A stretch of 62,833 nt of DNA from Basidioascus undulatus (Eukaryota). The notes beneath the pieces were generated by a model. The model searched no databases, was not told where the DNA came from, and saw only the letters and a list, made by a program, of their open reading frames with translations. Both the position numbers and the translations under genes were made by a program. The stretch is from contig JTLS01000004.1 of the NCBI GenBank assembly GCA_000826855.1, forward strand, positions 1 to 62,833, written 5' to 3'. Within the stretch, counting starts at the first letter, position 1; each line of letters starts with the position of its first letter. Shown piece after piece: positions 22,157 through 36,193 of this stretch.

Positions 22157-24792
22157 TTTTGAGGTAGTCTTTCGTTTAATGGACATTTATGGACTGCTGT
22201 TTGGATTGTTTTCCGTGTCTTGTGATAAGTTCGGTTGAATGCCCCTAGAACACAGCGCGGCTATTTCCCTCGTGCAGAGTTCGTGCATCTTCCGATCCTT
22301 GTACACCATTTTTTAAAAAAAAAATCTCAATAACTCATTGCTTTACTCGATACGTGCCTTTTCAGAAGTAAACATGGAAGGTCAGTACCCTTCAGGAGAC
22401 TCCCTCAGGGCCAGTGCAGTGCGGCTCCCGGCTGGACAGGACGGCATGAGCCCCAGTCATGAGCAAGTCTTGATGGGTGCAGAGGAACAATAAGATGGTT
22501 TAACTAGATTGAAACTACCGACAGGAACTCAAGGACTAGTTCCAGTTCCGCGAGTGAGCTCGTCGCACCCTGCACTGCAGCTGGCGGAGAAGGCACCGAA
22601 CCAAGGCATTTCCACGTCGAAACATTTGCAGGTGGAACGGTGCCGATCTAGTCCAGCTAGGTGTCAAAAATTTTACTTGAGGAATAGTATACCTATGGCT
22701 AGTGCAGATCGAACAACTCGTCCCCGAGTGTATGAGGGACTCAATCCATCTGTCCGCGAGGCTGTCCGGCTGCCCAGCTGCCCATCCGCTTCCGGCTTTC
22801 ATATTACAGGAACAATGGCAGTATACTTATTACAAAGTGAATAAGATGATTCCGTTTGCCTCTGCAAGCTAATTCTCTGATTCGCAGAAAGGTTCTGCAT
22901 GCATGCGGTCGCCCTTCAGTCTTCGCAGCCTCCTCATTACTAACACTGTCGCTTGGCTCGCCATACTGCACTGTTTCATTTGCCGCCCAGCACCTTCAAG
23001 TTCATCTGAATAAGGGCTACGGGAGTCTTCGGTACCACGTATCGTCGAACTTGAGCGTAGCTTTGTGAATGTCCAACCGCTTGCAAGGTCACATGGCAGC
23101 GGCGGGTTCTGAATTGCTTGACACGTTGACGGACATTCAACCAACAAGTAGCACAGGGCTTACACTGAATAAATTAGGACACTTTTAGGGGCGGGGCGTC
23201 AAAATAGGGAGCAGATAGAACACCTTCCACAGCGTTGTCAGAACTCAATAGTCCTGTGTCTCGATGATCGGTCGTTCAATAGGCAACTGTCCAATTGAAT
23301 TGCCTTTCTGGGATGCGGGGACAGGTAAGGTCATGTGTTTATTCAGACATGTGGGAGCAGAAGCACCTGGAGGAAAGGCACTTCAACGATGCGGGTGCAA
23401 TATTGTGGACTGCGTTGCCTTGTTGCGTCGACTGCGTACCGGCTGCGTTAGCTAGCACGGTGATAATCCACGACACCTTGTAGTGTTGACCGGATTTGGT
23501 GGTAGCAAACAATTACTGACCATAAAGGGATCTGATTGTCAGCCCTGTAGAACACAGAGCAGCTGCGTACTTTTACATCCCTCGGGGACCTTACAACCTC
23601 CAACCACTTTATTTCCCCCCATATTCTTCTAGCTGTATACAGCGTGTCCAAACCGCTTTGAGCAATATCTGTTCTCGAATAAACTTTATCTTCAAACAGG
23701 AGCTCGTCCGGATCCTGTGCCGGTGTCGTAAGCGGCACACTCGGGGCACACGGTCGGGCTCGGTCGGCGGACGGACAAGCCGTCGACTCGCCAGCGCCCG
23801 CCCGCCGTGGCGGTGAAAGCGCTATAGGCTTGGATTGGCTGGATTGCGCTGCGGCCGCGTCGGTTGGCGATACTGACACAGCATGGTTTGAAGAAGAAAT
23901 ACGAATGGTCGGTCGCGTTTGATCGGCACTGAGAGCATGAGCTTCTGGCTGCAGGAGATGCAGAAGTGTTTCGAAGAATTTGTGCAGTTTGGATCGTATT
24001 CAGCGCAAATGATCGACGATCCTAAGAAATAAGAAACATGTGCGGCTTGAGCGGAGCCGATGAGTCAGCAATCGGCGCACGGAGAAATCACAGAATGGGA
24101 GCTTTCGGCGGCCTCGCGAGCCGCGAGGCGTCGAGCTCGTTGCCTTGCTTGCCCTGCCCTCCAAGAGCTCCTGGCCCGCCGTTGCGCTCCTTCTCCTCCC
24201 CATCCTCCCCGTCACCGCCGCCGCCACCGCCATCTAGCCAACGAGCGGGAAGCGCCCTTCATTATCTACCGTCGTCAGGCAGGAGCGGTCCGTCGCTACA
24301 GAGCTGTCGAGCCGGATCTCGGCCGCGTGCTGACATACCCTCCGGGAGACAGCTTCACGCGTACTTCGCGCTTGGACGGCTCTTTCTTTCGCTCTACGCG
24401 GTCCTCGCGCGGTTAAGAGCGCTTCGTAGCTAGGCGCTCGGATCTGGGATTATACGCAGGACGCCCCATGTGAGTATGGAGAGCCATGGCGGACTGTGTT
24501 GTGCTGTCCTCGGAGAAAGGGGGGTTGTGGAGCTGCACTGGGCCCTGGCAGCATCTTGGAGCCGCTCGCCGGATTTCTACGGATTGGGAGGATAATGCAG
24601 TGGCGCTCTCCCTGTGCATTTTTAGAGAGGATTTCTGCTCTTTGATCGGCACTGCTGATGGCCATGCTCGGTTGCTCACGGTCCTTTAGCCGCGACTGAC
24701 AGCGTCCCCTTCCCTTCGTGCTAGCCCCCGCCGAAGCCACCTTCTGAGCGTCTACATCTCGTTCACTTCCTCTCCTCACCCCCTTTGCGCGC

Positions 24793-27700
24793 ATGTCGAG
24801 ACCTCTCGGACCACGCCCGCCGGGGCCCGGCAAGTCGGAGCGCCGATCAGACGCGTTCGAGAACATCTTCGGCCGCCCCTCTGCCTCGCACCACACGTCC
24901 GGCTACGTCTACCCGCACCACTACCAGCAGCAGGCATACTATCCCCAGCAGCAGCAGCATGGGTACTACCCGCAGCAGCAGCAGGGTTACTACCCGCAGG
25001 CGGCGTACGCCGCCACGCCCCAGGAGGACGGGTACGCCGAGCGCACGAGCAGCATGGGCCGGAGACCGAGCATCGCGCCCAGCATCCGGAGCACCTACTC
25101 CACAGCGTCGTACTCGAGTCCGAACCTCAGCGGCGGGGGCGCGCCGAGCGTGTACAGGGCGAGCTACTACCCGTCTTCGCAGACGGTGTACGAGCATCCC
25201 CCGCCCATGCCTGCCCTGCAGTCGGGCCCCACGCCTGCGCAGCTGTACCAGCAGCAGTACTCCTCCGGCCTACCCCCTCCTTCCTCACAACCACCTCTTC
25301 CGCCGCCCCCTTCCACCACGCCTCTCCCCCCCGGCGCAGGGATCCCCGCGCACTCGCACTCCGACTACTTCCCTCCCACCGCCGCTCCTCCCCCTCCGCA
25401 GCAGGTCCACCCGCAGGGCCCCCGACAACCGCCAGCGTCGAACGGCTCTTACATCTCTTTACCTGCTATCGAGTCTTCGGGCCTAGGAGTCGACTTCGAT
25501 GGGTTCGGCGGTAGTCCGCCGCGTCAGCGCAGGCCGAGCGCTGCCAGTGCAGTAGACGCCGCTTCTGCAATCGAGGAGCCGGGGTTGCCGGATCGGGCAG
25601 CGTCGACGGCGACGGCGCCGCTGGCTTATGGTCAGTGGCTCTTTCACTCTGGCAGGTGGGGCCGACGGAGGAGGCGGGCGGCGCCGATGAGGGTCTCAGC
25701 GTGTTCGGGAAGATCGATCAGAGACTGACGCCGGGTATGTGTTGCAGGATATGATCCTCGGCAAGCACCGTGTCCAACATCGGGCTCTCAGTCTCTATAC
25801 GACCGCCGACGATCGCAGGAGTCCTTGCCCCCGATGGGTGGCGCCGGCGCACCGCCTCTCCCGCCCATATCCATCTCAGCGACTCCCGTCCGATCCAGTT
25901 CCGCGTCTTTGCACACCATCACGCCGACCACCTCCCCAACAACCGCGACGGGTGCGCCGTTCCCCCGGCGATCGTCGGACTCGCTGCGCTCGCAGTCCTT
26001 CTCCTCTACCACAACGTCCCGCCCGAACATGCGCGGGTACCACCCGTCGCCCTTCACTCCAGCGCGGCCGCCCTCCTCCGCCCTCGTAACCGCCTCGCGC
26101 CGGACGCCGCTCGTCTACCCCGCGCTCCTGAGCCGCGTCGCCGAGGCGTTCAAGGCGCGCATCACGCTCGGCGAGCGGGTTAAGGACGGGCTGACGTACA
26201 CGGACGCGTTCGACGGGCGCGAAGCCGTCGACAAGATCGCGTACATCATCAAGACGACGGACCGGAACCTGGCGCTCCTCCTCGGGCGCGCGCTCGATGC
26301 GCAGAAGTTCTTCCACGACGTGCAGTGGGAGCACCGCCTGCGCGACTCGGAGCGCGAGATCTACCGCTTCCGCGAGCGCATGCCGAGCCCATTCGTCAGC
26401 GCCGACGAGGAGGCCCTCACCGGCGCGTCTACAAACACGAACCCCACGCCTTCTGCCTCCGCCATCCTCGCCGCGTCTGCATCCTCCACAACCACGACCC
26501 CCTCCCGTTCCTCGTCTCGCGGCGCCGGATGGGACCTCCCGCCATACGAGTCCGTCGCCTCGCCGTCGCCCGCGGAGGACGACCCGCTCCCGACGGGCGT
26601 GTTCACGCTCCTCACCGACTGCTACTCGCCCACGTGCACGCGCGAACGGCTCTGCTACTCCATCGCCTGCCCGCGCAGGCTCGAGCAGCAATCCCGGCTC
26701 AACATCAAACCGCAGCCAGGGCTGGCGAGCGGGCTGGGGCTCGGGATCGGGACGAGCGCGGGGGACTCGGCGGAGGAGGAGAGCGCGGACATGTCGGACT
26801 TGCGGGTGAGTTTCGAGGAGATTGCGGCTTTGGGATTGGGTGGGTGTGCTGAAAAGGGGCTTGGATGGGCCGGGAAATAGGAACCGGGCACGCTCTGGGT
26901 ACAGTCAGTCCCGCAGGAGATCGTTGACTCGGTCAGCGAGACGGAGCTCAAGCGCCAGGAGGCAATCAACGAGGTCTGCTACACCGAGCGGGACTTTGTC
27001 CGAGATCTGGAGTATCTCCGAGATGTACGCTTGTCTACCTTGCTCCTTTCCCTTCCCTCCGTCCCTCTTCTCTTTCTCGCTCTTCTTGCCCACCGCGTGT
27101 TGGTTCTTCACAGTCGTGGATCAAGCCCCTCCGCACGGGCTCCTACATCCCCGAGGAGCGGCGCGAGGACTTCGTGCAGCAGGTGTTCTGGAACGTGCTC
27201 GAGATCCACGCGGTCAACGTGCGCCTGTGCGACGCGCTCAGCAAGCGCCAGAAGGCGTTCGCCGTCGTCGAGCGCATCGGCGACATCCTCCTTGACCACG
27301 TCGGCAACTTCGGGCCGTTCGTCAAGTACGGCGCGCACCAGCTGTTTGGCAAGTACGAGTTCGAGAAGGAGAAGGGGAGCAATCCGGAGTTTGCGAAGTT
27401 CGTGGAGGTGTGTTGGGCCAGTTCCTTTTATCCAGTTGCAGGAGAAGTCTCGGAGGAGGTTGATGAAGGAAGAGGCTGATGTCGTTGTGGGATGGTGCCG
27501 ATGATCAGGAAACGGAGCGGAAACCCGAGTCGCGCAAGCTCGAGCTCAACGGGTACCTGACGAAGCCGACGACGCGTCTCGCGCGGTACCCGCTCCTGCT
27601 TGAGGTCGTGCTCAAGCACACGCCCGAAGACCACCCGGACAAGCACACGCTGCCCAAGGCGATCGAGAAAGTCCGCGAGTTCCTCCGCCACGTCAACGAG

Positions 27701-29947
27701 GAGACGGGCAAGACCGAAAACCGGTTCAACCTGCTGCAGCTCGAGCAGCAGCTGCAGTTCAAGCCGGGCGAGGAGTGGATCGTACGTCCAGGGAATAGTG
27801 TTTTGTTTGGAGCGTGGACGCTGAAGGATGGGTTGGGGTGGGTGGACGAGCAGAACCTTCGACTGCAGGACGAGCAGCGCGAGCTCGTGTTCAAGGGCTC
27901 GCTCAAGAAGAGGGGCGGACCGCAGAGCGAGAGCGCCGAGCTTCAGGTGTTCTTGTTCGATCATGCGCTGCTCATGGTCAAGGCTAAGATGGTCAACAAG
28001 CACGAGCAATACAAGGTCTACCGCAAGGTACGCTTTCTGACTGTCCCTGTGCAGCGGATGCTAACGCTGGATTTGGCAGCCCATCCCGCTCGAGCTCCTC
28101 ACTGTCAGCTCTTCCGACGATGCCTTCTCCAAACGACCGAAGTCGCTCATGTCGCGCACTTCGACGGGCGGCAAGACGTCCGCGTCGTCGACCGCGAACG
28201 GCTCGGGCGGTGGGTCGTCGACGTCGGACGCGCGCGACGCGCCGCCCAAGCCTGAGAGCAAGCTTGGCTACTCGCTCACGTTCCACCACCTCGGCCGGCG
28301 CGGGTACTCGATCACACTTTGGGCGAGCACGTTCGTCAGCCGCCGCAAGTGGCTTGAGAACATCGAGAAGCGCCAGCAGATACTAAGGGACAAGTGCACC
28401 GTGTTCGACACCGAGGTCCTCAGCGACGCGTTCTTTGTCGGGCTGGATCGCGCCAACTGCGCGGTGCCGTTCGGTGCGTCGTTCTTGATCTGGCGTAGTA
28501 TCTGGCATTGTGGCTGACGGGAGCGATTGGCAGATCATGGCCGCCGCATCGTCTACGGCACGGACAATGGCGTCTACCTCTCGGACATGCGCGAGATCGG
28601 CCGACCACCGCAGAAGGTCATCGCCATGCCGGGCGTCACGCAGATCGAGGTCCTGGAGGAGTACTTAATCCTTATTGTGCTTGCAGGTGCGTCTTCCTTC
28701 GCCTCACGTCTTGACTGCCATCGCCTGAAACTGTTCTGACATGTTACTGCGGCCGACAGAGCGCTCGGTCTGGACGTTCTCGCTCGACACGCTGGACCCG
28801 TCGGACCCGGCGGGCGCGATCCGCAACGGGCGCAAGATCTCTTCGCATACGTCGTTCTTCAAGGCGGGCACATGCCTGGGCCGCACACTCGTCTGCGTCG
28901 TCAAGGCCAGCTCACTGTCGAGCACGATCAAGACGCTCGAGCCCATCGACCAGAACGCGCGCGGGAAGAAGCAGCCGGCGTTCCGGAAGCTGCTCCAGGG
29001 CGGAAAGGAATCGTTGCGGGTCTTCAAGGTGCGTATGCTACGTCTTTGAATTCAGCTGTATCGGCCACTGACCCATTTTGCACGCACTTCGCTATGTGCC
29101 TCCAGGAGTTCTACATCCCCACCGAGTCGAGCTCGATCCACTTCCTCAAGTCCAAGCTCTGCGTCGGCTGCACCAAGGGCTTCGAGATCGTCGACCTCGA
29201 GACGCTCGACACCCAGGGCTTGCTCGACCCTGCAGATCCCAACCTCGAGTTCGTCTCGAAGCGCGAGAACGTCAAGCCGATGGCGATCTACCGCGTCGAA
29301 GGCGATTTCCTGCTCTGCTACGACGGTGCGCAGCCGTTCACTTAGCAAGCGACCGAGTCTGGGAGAGATGCTCAAGTGCCATGGCTGTCTTTCACAGACT
29401 TCGCGTTCTACGTCAACAAGAACGGCTGGCGAGCACGCACGAACTGGATTGTTTACTGGGAAGGTCAACCCACAGGTTTCGGTGAGTAGTTGACTTCTTC
29501 CCTCTGTGCAACATTAGACCAACAGCCGACGGTACTGACTCTGCGGCAGCTCTGCACTACCCCTACGTGCTCGCTTTCGAGTCCAACTTCGTCGAGGTGC
29601 GGCACGTCGACGACGGCGAGCTCGTGCAGGTCATCCCGGGGAACGGCATCTCGCTCCTCTTCGCCGACACGCCTCCCTCCGCCTCCAACGCGCCAGCTCA
29701 CCCCGCCCACGCACACCACTATTACGGCGCTCCACTCCATCCTGTAGGCGCACCGGGCTACCCGCCGTACCACTACCCAGGTTACGGTCCGCCGGCGCCG
29801 CGCGGATACCAGCACCACGCGCTCCCACCGCCGCCGCCGCCGATGCAGCAGCGGCACTACCCCCCTCCGCGAAATCAGACAATCCTCGCGGACGAGGGGC
29901 GGGTGCTCGCGCTCAAGCCCCGACCACCGTCCGCAGCGCTGCGATAG
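24793..29947 (+). CDS. ROM2: Rho1 guanine nucleotide exchange factor (ROM1/ROM2/Rgf1 type: DEP-DH-PH-CNH)
   Basis: VYPALLSRVAEAF, KDGLTY..AFDGREAVD..TTDRNLALLLGRALDAQKFFHDV (DEP); GVFTLLTDCYSPTC..LCYSIACPRRLEQ; ELKRQEAINEV and ESRKLELNGYLTKPTTRLARYPLLLE (DH); FLFDHALL (PH); EFYIPTESSSIHFLKSKLCVGC (CNH). Stop TAG at 29945-29947. Confidence 0.97.
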
Positions 29948-30878
29948 GACGCCCCGGCGCTCTTGGTTCTTTATCCTTTTCTCCGAAACGATTTTCAATT
30001 TTTTTTGTTCAGATTTCTATTCGTTTTCGTGCCGCTACACAACGGGCAGTATTCTGTGCATTTCCTGTTTTCTTCACCGCATTCTGTTTGTGTGTTTGCT
30101 TGCCCCCTTTCGTTTTCCTCGCTCAGCTTTTCTTTGCGATGTCGGTTTAAAGTACTTGAGAAACTACTGGTGCTGCTTTGGCCTTCTCGCATGTTGTTCG
30201 CAGGTCTCGCTCGAATGGAATATTAAACTTGCAACACCGTTGCAGTTGCTCTCTGCAGCAACGCGACCTGAGGCGGTACGGGATGGTGCGAGTAACTACT
30301 GAGCGACCTTTATGCTCACAACTTTGCGCAAGCCCCACAGGCCGTTTGATTGCAGTCTGGTCGGCGTGCATTTGAACTTGGTACTGTGCGACACACGGGC
30401 GAGTTGATCGCCTGGGTATGCTGGGATGAGACTTTTTTAGGTACTTTGAGGATTTAACGGCTGCGATCAACATCACCAGCTTCTTATTTTCGAGTTTCAG
30501 GACTTGTAACTGGGGGATGATGCACATAGGCCATGGATCCGGCGGTCTCGCTGTTCGCACCAACGCTAGTGGCACATGCTCTCGCGCTCGGTCCTCAAAC
30601 TCCGTCCTGCCGCGTTGGTATACAACGGTAGGTGATCTCATATACCCCTTTCACGCGGGCCGCAGAGCGATACCTAATCGAGTGCCAGCAGCGAAACGCG
30701 GTTGTCCGTGCACAGCACCATAAGAGCGTCTTCGCCGCCGCTATCCCTGGTCCAACACGCTCGCCTTCTTCCCTTGCTGCTTCTTCCCTACTTTCGCTCG
30801 TTATCTCACGCTCGCTTCTTTCTCTTTATTGCTACCTTTCCCTCGACCCCATCTCCTCCTCTTATCAGCTATCACATC

Positions 30879-31822
30879 ATGCGCTTCTTCACCACCACGG
30901 CCATCGCTGCCTGCACGCTCGTTTCCTCCGCACTCGCTGCGCCCATCGACCTCGAACGCATCAGCAACAAGATCGTCAACCCTGTGACGTTCCACAAAAC
31001 TGTATGAATTGTATACAGATGGGTATTGCTATGGGAGGCTCATTCGATTTCACCTCCACACAGGACATCAATAACGTCGCGCTGCAAATCGTGGGCGATA
31101 AGACGGTGGAGCTTGGCTTGACCAGCACGAGCGCTGGCGGCAAGCTGGAGGTGAATGGGGTCTTTGGGGAGCTGTTCTGGAAGGATGATTGGAGGTGGAA
31201 CTTCCTCGAGGTGGACTCTCCCTTCATGTGAGTCGTGGAGAGGCACAAGGGAAGGCTTTCCCAGGACGACGCTGACCAATGCGTATGATACAGGGGCTAT
31301 TCTCAGTCGAACGAGACCAAGTACGGTGAGTGAAATGTTGTCTGCCTTGATGATAGGTTTGAATGCTGACTTCAAGTTTACCCATTCCAGGTCACCTCGA
31401 ACTGGCTTCGGACGAGCAGATGCACCTCGCAATTGCCGCTGCTCCTGGATCCGCCATCGGCCAAGGTCTCGTCCTGGAAGAGGCCGCCGTTCGCGACGAC
31501 TCTACTCAGCTTTGTCTGTGTCGAATGCGTTATGACCTGCTCTTACGACTGACCGCCTCATCTTGCAGTCCAAACCTTCAAGCTTGATGTCGCTTCCGGC
31601 CGCGTCGAGTTCCTCGGCGTGCCCGCCCAGGCGTTCCCCAACTACCAGGGTCCCTACGGTACGCAACCAGCAGTATGTGTCTATGGTCTCAGGCACTGAA
31701 GGTCTTTCATAGGCCCCGATTCCCAGCGAAATCTCCTCGACAAGCTCGTCGGCCAGGAGGTCAAGCTGTCCAGCGCGAAGGACGACGGCGTTGGATACTT
31801 CAAGCTCGCTGAGTCCAACTGA
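30879..31822 (+). CDS. Secreted beta-rich protein of unknown function, paralog A
   Basis: Six exons splice to an open frame: signal peptide MRFFTTTAIAACTLVSSALAAP, ...WNFLEVDSPFM-GYSQSNETKY-GHLEL...IGQGLVLEEAAVRDDSTQLF-QTFKLDVASGRVEFLG...GPY-GP...LAESN*. Confidence 0.8.
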
Positions 31823-32502
31823 GGACAGACCGATCTTCTTCAATACATCCCTGACTTCTTCTCTCTTTGCATCTTTATCACATCACTCCTATTGACCATG
31901 GACGCTCAGCTAGCGCACGTCACCCCTTGCCCTGTACCACCCCTTTCCGGGGACCTTCATATCCTGCACAATCCCATCGCACTACCCTCGCTCCTCATGA
32001 TGGAAACCTCGACTGCGCCCCGTGTTGTGCGGTGCCCATTCAATCTTGATTATACACACGTGCATTCTTAGCAGAGTGCAACGCTGACGTTAGTGCCATG
32101 GCCGGAGATGACGTCGGGTGCATTATAATAGATGGTGTGGTGTTGGTGTGGTGCCCTGCAGAAAGCGTGGCCCCGGCGTCCGCTCTGCGCCGTTCTCCTG
32201 AGCGCGCTACCGTACTTAGCCGTCCGTCCCGCAGCAACAATCGCGTGACCGTTCGGCAGGGCAAAGCAGGGCAAGCAGGCAGCGTATAAATGTTTTCAGA
32301 ACAAGGGGTACACCCCGGCGTGCTCGCTCAACATCGCACGTATTCTCGTCAGTACCGGTACGGCTAGCATAAAGAGGTGCTCACAACCTGCAAAGAAACT
32401 GCCAACACCCACTCATTTTGCTCTGCTACGTCTGCATCTACGCCGCTCCCTCCTTAACGAAGCCTACGGCCACTTTGTAATCCCCGTTCAACACTTACTA
32501 TA

Positions 32503-33533
32503 ATGCTGCCTTCCCTCTTCTCCGCGGCTCTCGCACTCGCAGCGCCGCTTTTTACCTTCGCCGCGCCCGTGAACGTCACCAACGGCCGGGCACCGAGCAT
32601 CCTGATCGTCAACATGGTTTCGTTCGAAGACACGGTCCGTCGATCCTCGTAGTGCATCCTTGCCAGGATAGGGGAACTGAGGGATGTTGGACACGCTTGC
32701 GCAGGTCGCGTCGAACGTCCCGCTCCAGATTGACGGCAAGTCGCTCAGCCTGAGCAGCCAGGAGGAGGGCGGTGTCCTGGAGTTCTCCGACAGCTCGGAC
32801 GTCACGTTTAGCTTCCTCGAGGCCAACTCGAGCTTCATTGGCTACGACTCGACTGACTCGTGCGTATCTGCTGCTTATTGGTGGCTACCGTGGGACTAAT
32901 TGAGAGGGAACGTTGCATTTCCAGTGTCAAATATGGTATGTTTGCTGCAGAGGGACTCAGGAAGGAGGGAAGGAAGGGTAGGAGGGGTAACGAAGTGCTC
33001 CCGGGGCTGACGCAGGCACACTATGCAGGCCACATCTCCCTCCCCTCGTCCAACAGCACCCTCCACCTTTCCGGTAAGCCCCAATCCCAGACGTCTTCGG
33101 AGTCAGGACTCTCATGCCTAAACATGTACAGTGACCACCGCTCCGACTAACCCCGTCGGCCAGACCCTCGTGCTCGCCAACGCAGCCATCTCGGATGACT
33201 CGTCCCAATACTGTACATTCAATCTCTGCTGGCGTGAGCTTGGAATATATCGTTTACCGAACGGACCTCTCTTCTTAGTCCAAACCTTCAAGCTCGACAC
33301 CGCTGCCGGGACAGTCGAGTTCGTCGGCAACAGCAAGGTGTTCCCTACCGAGAACTGGAGCGGTCCCTTCGGTGTGTCTCTTCGCTCATCAAATCCTGAG
33401 ATGACAAAGCACACCTGCAGTTCACGATACTAACCTCTGAGTTTCCGCAGGGCCTGGCGAGAACTCGTCCGGCGACGTGACTCTGGCCGCGCAGAGCGAG
33501 AAGAAGTTCACCTTCGCGCTGTCGTCGCAGTGA
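32503..33533 (+). CDS. Secreted beta-rich protein of unknown function, paralog B
   Basis: Seven exons, including an 11-nt microexon near 32925, give: signal peptide MLPSLFSAALALAAPLFTFAAP, ...FSFLEANSSFIGYDSTDS-VKY-GHISL...VGQTLVLANAAISDDSSQYF-QTFKLDTAAGTVEFVG...GPF-GP...ALSSQ*. Confidence 0.8.
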
Positions 33534-34147
33534 GCCCACCGTGGCCGCCCCTTGCGACTGGTAAACGCATAGCCCGTGGTTTTGGAACACCTACCTCTGA
33601 CCTTTAGGACAGTTGAGATCGAGCATGACTACTAGAACCATAACAGTGCATGGACACTCAAGACTTTGTTTCAACGCATCTTTAGCATACATTCTGCACC
33701 CCTAGAGACATTATCACTTTCTACCACCTTTAGTATCTCAAGCTGGGTGCACTAATCAATGTGCTTTGCAGCCTTCTATGTTCTCAAGAGCCGATTGAGC
33801 AGCGACGAGGTGCAGCAGGGGTGTTGTGGTGTTGGATATTCCGAGCGAGTCACATCCTCCATCCTGGGCATCATTTAGCAACGTCAGAGCGCCACCATGC
33901 TGTTTTACTTTGTCCTCGGCAGTGCAGCATCTATACTTCCAACCTGAAGGCCTGAAGGCGAAGGCCACCGTACCGCGACTGCCCGCGCCGGGCCGGCAAC
34001 TGAGCTCAGCCGGCGTGTGCCTCGGCTGGCATCATCCGCTCTGAGCCAACCCTTTATCTAGACCGAATGCATCTCTTTCCCCCAGCCATCACATCTCAAC
34101 TACCTCCAGCGTATACATTCGTACAGACACTCAAAGCTCTACCAATC

Positions 34148-36193
34148 ATGGCCGCCAACCGTCTCGCTCAGGTCTCCGGACACATCACTAACAATGCCTC
34201 GAAGGGCCTTCTTGCGGGGGAGGTCGCGATTATTACCGGTAGTGGACAGGTAAGAGTGGGAACGAGGCGTACAGTAGGGATTGAGGTTGATTAGCTTGGT
34301 ACGCATTGCTTTGTAGGGCATTGGTCGCTCGGCGGCACTGCTGTACGCGAAGGAGGGCGCCAAGGTGGTCGTTTCCGAGTGAGCCTCATCTCCGTTCTCC
34401 GTCCACCGCGCGGTCCACCTTTGCTCAACTCTCGTCGGTCGGATAGCCTGGACGGCAGTACGTTCACAATCATAGGGTTCGCTGGCTATGGCGGCTCACT
34501 GACGCTCCCGAGCAGACAAGGCCCAGGTGGTCGTGGATGAGATCAAGGGCGCCGGCGGGGAGGCCGTCGCCATCGCGGGCGACGTGACCGCCGTGGACTT
34601 CCCGAAGAAGGTGGTTGAGGGTACCATCAAGTGCGTCCTTGTCCATTCATCTGTGCTGACGGGGAGACAAAACGATGCTGACATGGCTGGCTTCCCCGAC
34701 GGCAGGGCGTTCGGCAAGATCAACCACCTCGTGCTGAATGCTGGGTTCACCGCCGACAGTGCGCACAAACATCCTTGACCTATCCATACGAACTTGTTTT
34801 CTGACTTCCTTCTGCCGAAGAGATGCTGCACGGCATGAGTGACGACAGTGCGTCGCCATACCTCTCGGCTTCTGTCCACAACCCTGACCTTTCTCCTCCC
34901 TACAAGACTTCAACGTCATCCTCAACGTGAGTGCTCCACCATGCAGTCTTGATGAAGAAGGAACAACGCTGACCGCCCTCTGTCTTGGGTCCACCTTTTG
35001 TAGTGCCACGTCACCGCGCCCTTCCGTCTCGTGCGCGAGGCGGCGCCCTACTTCCGCCTCAAGGGCAAGGACGCGCACGCTTCGAACAGGAGCATCATCT
35101 TCATCTCGTCCATTGCCGGTGTACGTCCCAATTCCCACGCCTCTTCCTCCCCCGTCTCCCATCTTCCTCCCCCTTGCCGGTTTCTCCCTTCCCGCCATCT
35201 TTCCATGGAATGTGAACTGAATCTTCTTCATTTGTAATTGCACAGCTGCACGGCAACGTCGGCCAAGGTAAGCTTATGCCCAGCGAGCTTAACTACCGAA
35301 ATTGAGAAGCTGATTGCCTTTCCCTATACGCATCCAAAAGCCAACTACGCTGCGGGTACGCCCTTTGAAGCAGTTTAACGAGTGGGCGACAGGCTGATCA
35401 TCTCTACAGCCAAGAGCGCCGTTACCGGCTTGACCAAGACCATCGCGAAGGAGTGGGTAAGTGGCGCACTCGGTGCTTTGATGAAAGCCAGCGGGGTTGC
35501 TGAATGAGAGCATTGCAGGGTCCGTTCGGCGTTCGCGTGAACTGCGCGGCGTTTGGTGAGTCGGATTTCGTTACCTTGTGCATCATTACAGGTACCTAAC
35601 ATTGCTGTTCGTCAGGTTACATCAAGGTAGACTCCTCCGTGCCCTTCGTGGCTCCAATGGCGAGGCTGACTCTTGCTCTTTCTAGACGCGCTTGACGGGC
35701 GCCAAGGAGGCTGGCGAGGTTCGCTCTTTCCCATGTGTGATCAATAGGAAAATCACTGACATGGGTACTCGACGTCGAACAGCACATCGTCGTTGGCGGC
35801 CAGAAGATCGCGCTCGGCATCCCCGGCGCCGGGAAGGCGCCCGAGGGGCCGGTGGTGCGTGTTTGTCCCACAATTTGCTCTGTACAGGACCGGAACTCAC
35901 TGTGGATATGTGATTGACAGCCCGGTATCCCCCTCGGTCGCCCCGGCGAGCCCGACGAGGCTGCTTCCGGGTTGCTCTTGTGCGTTTTGCTTCCCAACTC
36001 CGAGCCGTGGATGGGATAGCTGACGAGACGCTAACTCTCTACCAGCCTGTCCTCCCCGATGGCATCGTTCATCTCTGGGCACACGTGAGTCCCCTGTTCC
36101 GTTCTCCCCTGCCAAGTTCGAAGCTTGTACAGCGGGCTGACTCCCGCGCTCTGCCGTTGCAGGCTAGAGATCACTGGCGGCCAGGGGATCTGA
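34148..36193 (+). CDS. Short-chain dehydrogenase/reductase (3-oxoacyl-ACP reductase-like) with a PTS2-like peroxisomal signal
   Basis: 18 exons splice in frame: MAANRLAQVSGHI (RLx5HI), AIITGSGQGIG (TGxxxGIG), LNAG, FISSIAG, GQANYAAAK (YxxxK), GPFGVRVN, IPLGRPG and ISGHTLEITGGQGI*. Confidence 0.93.
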
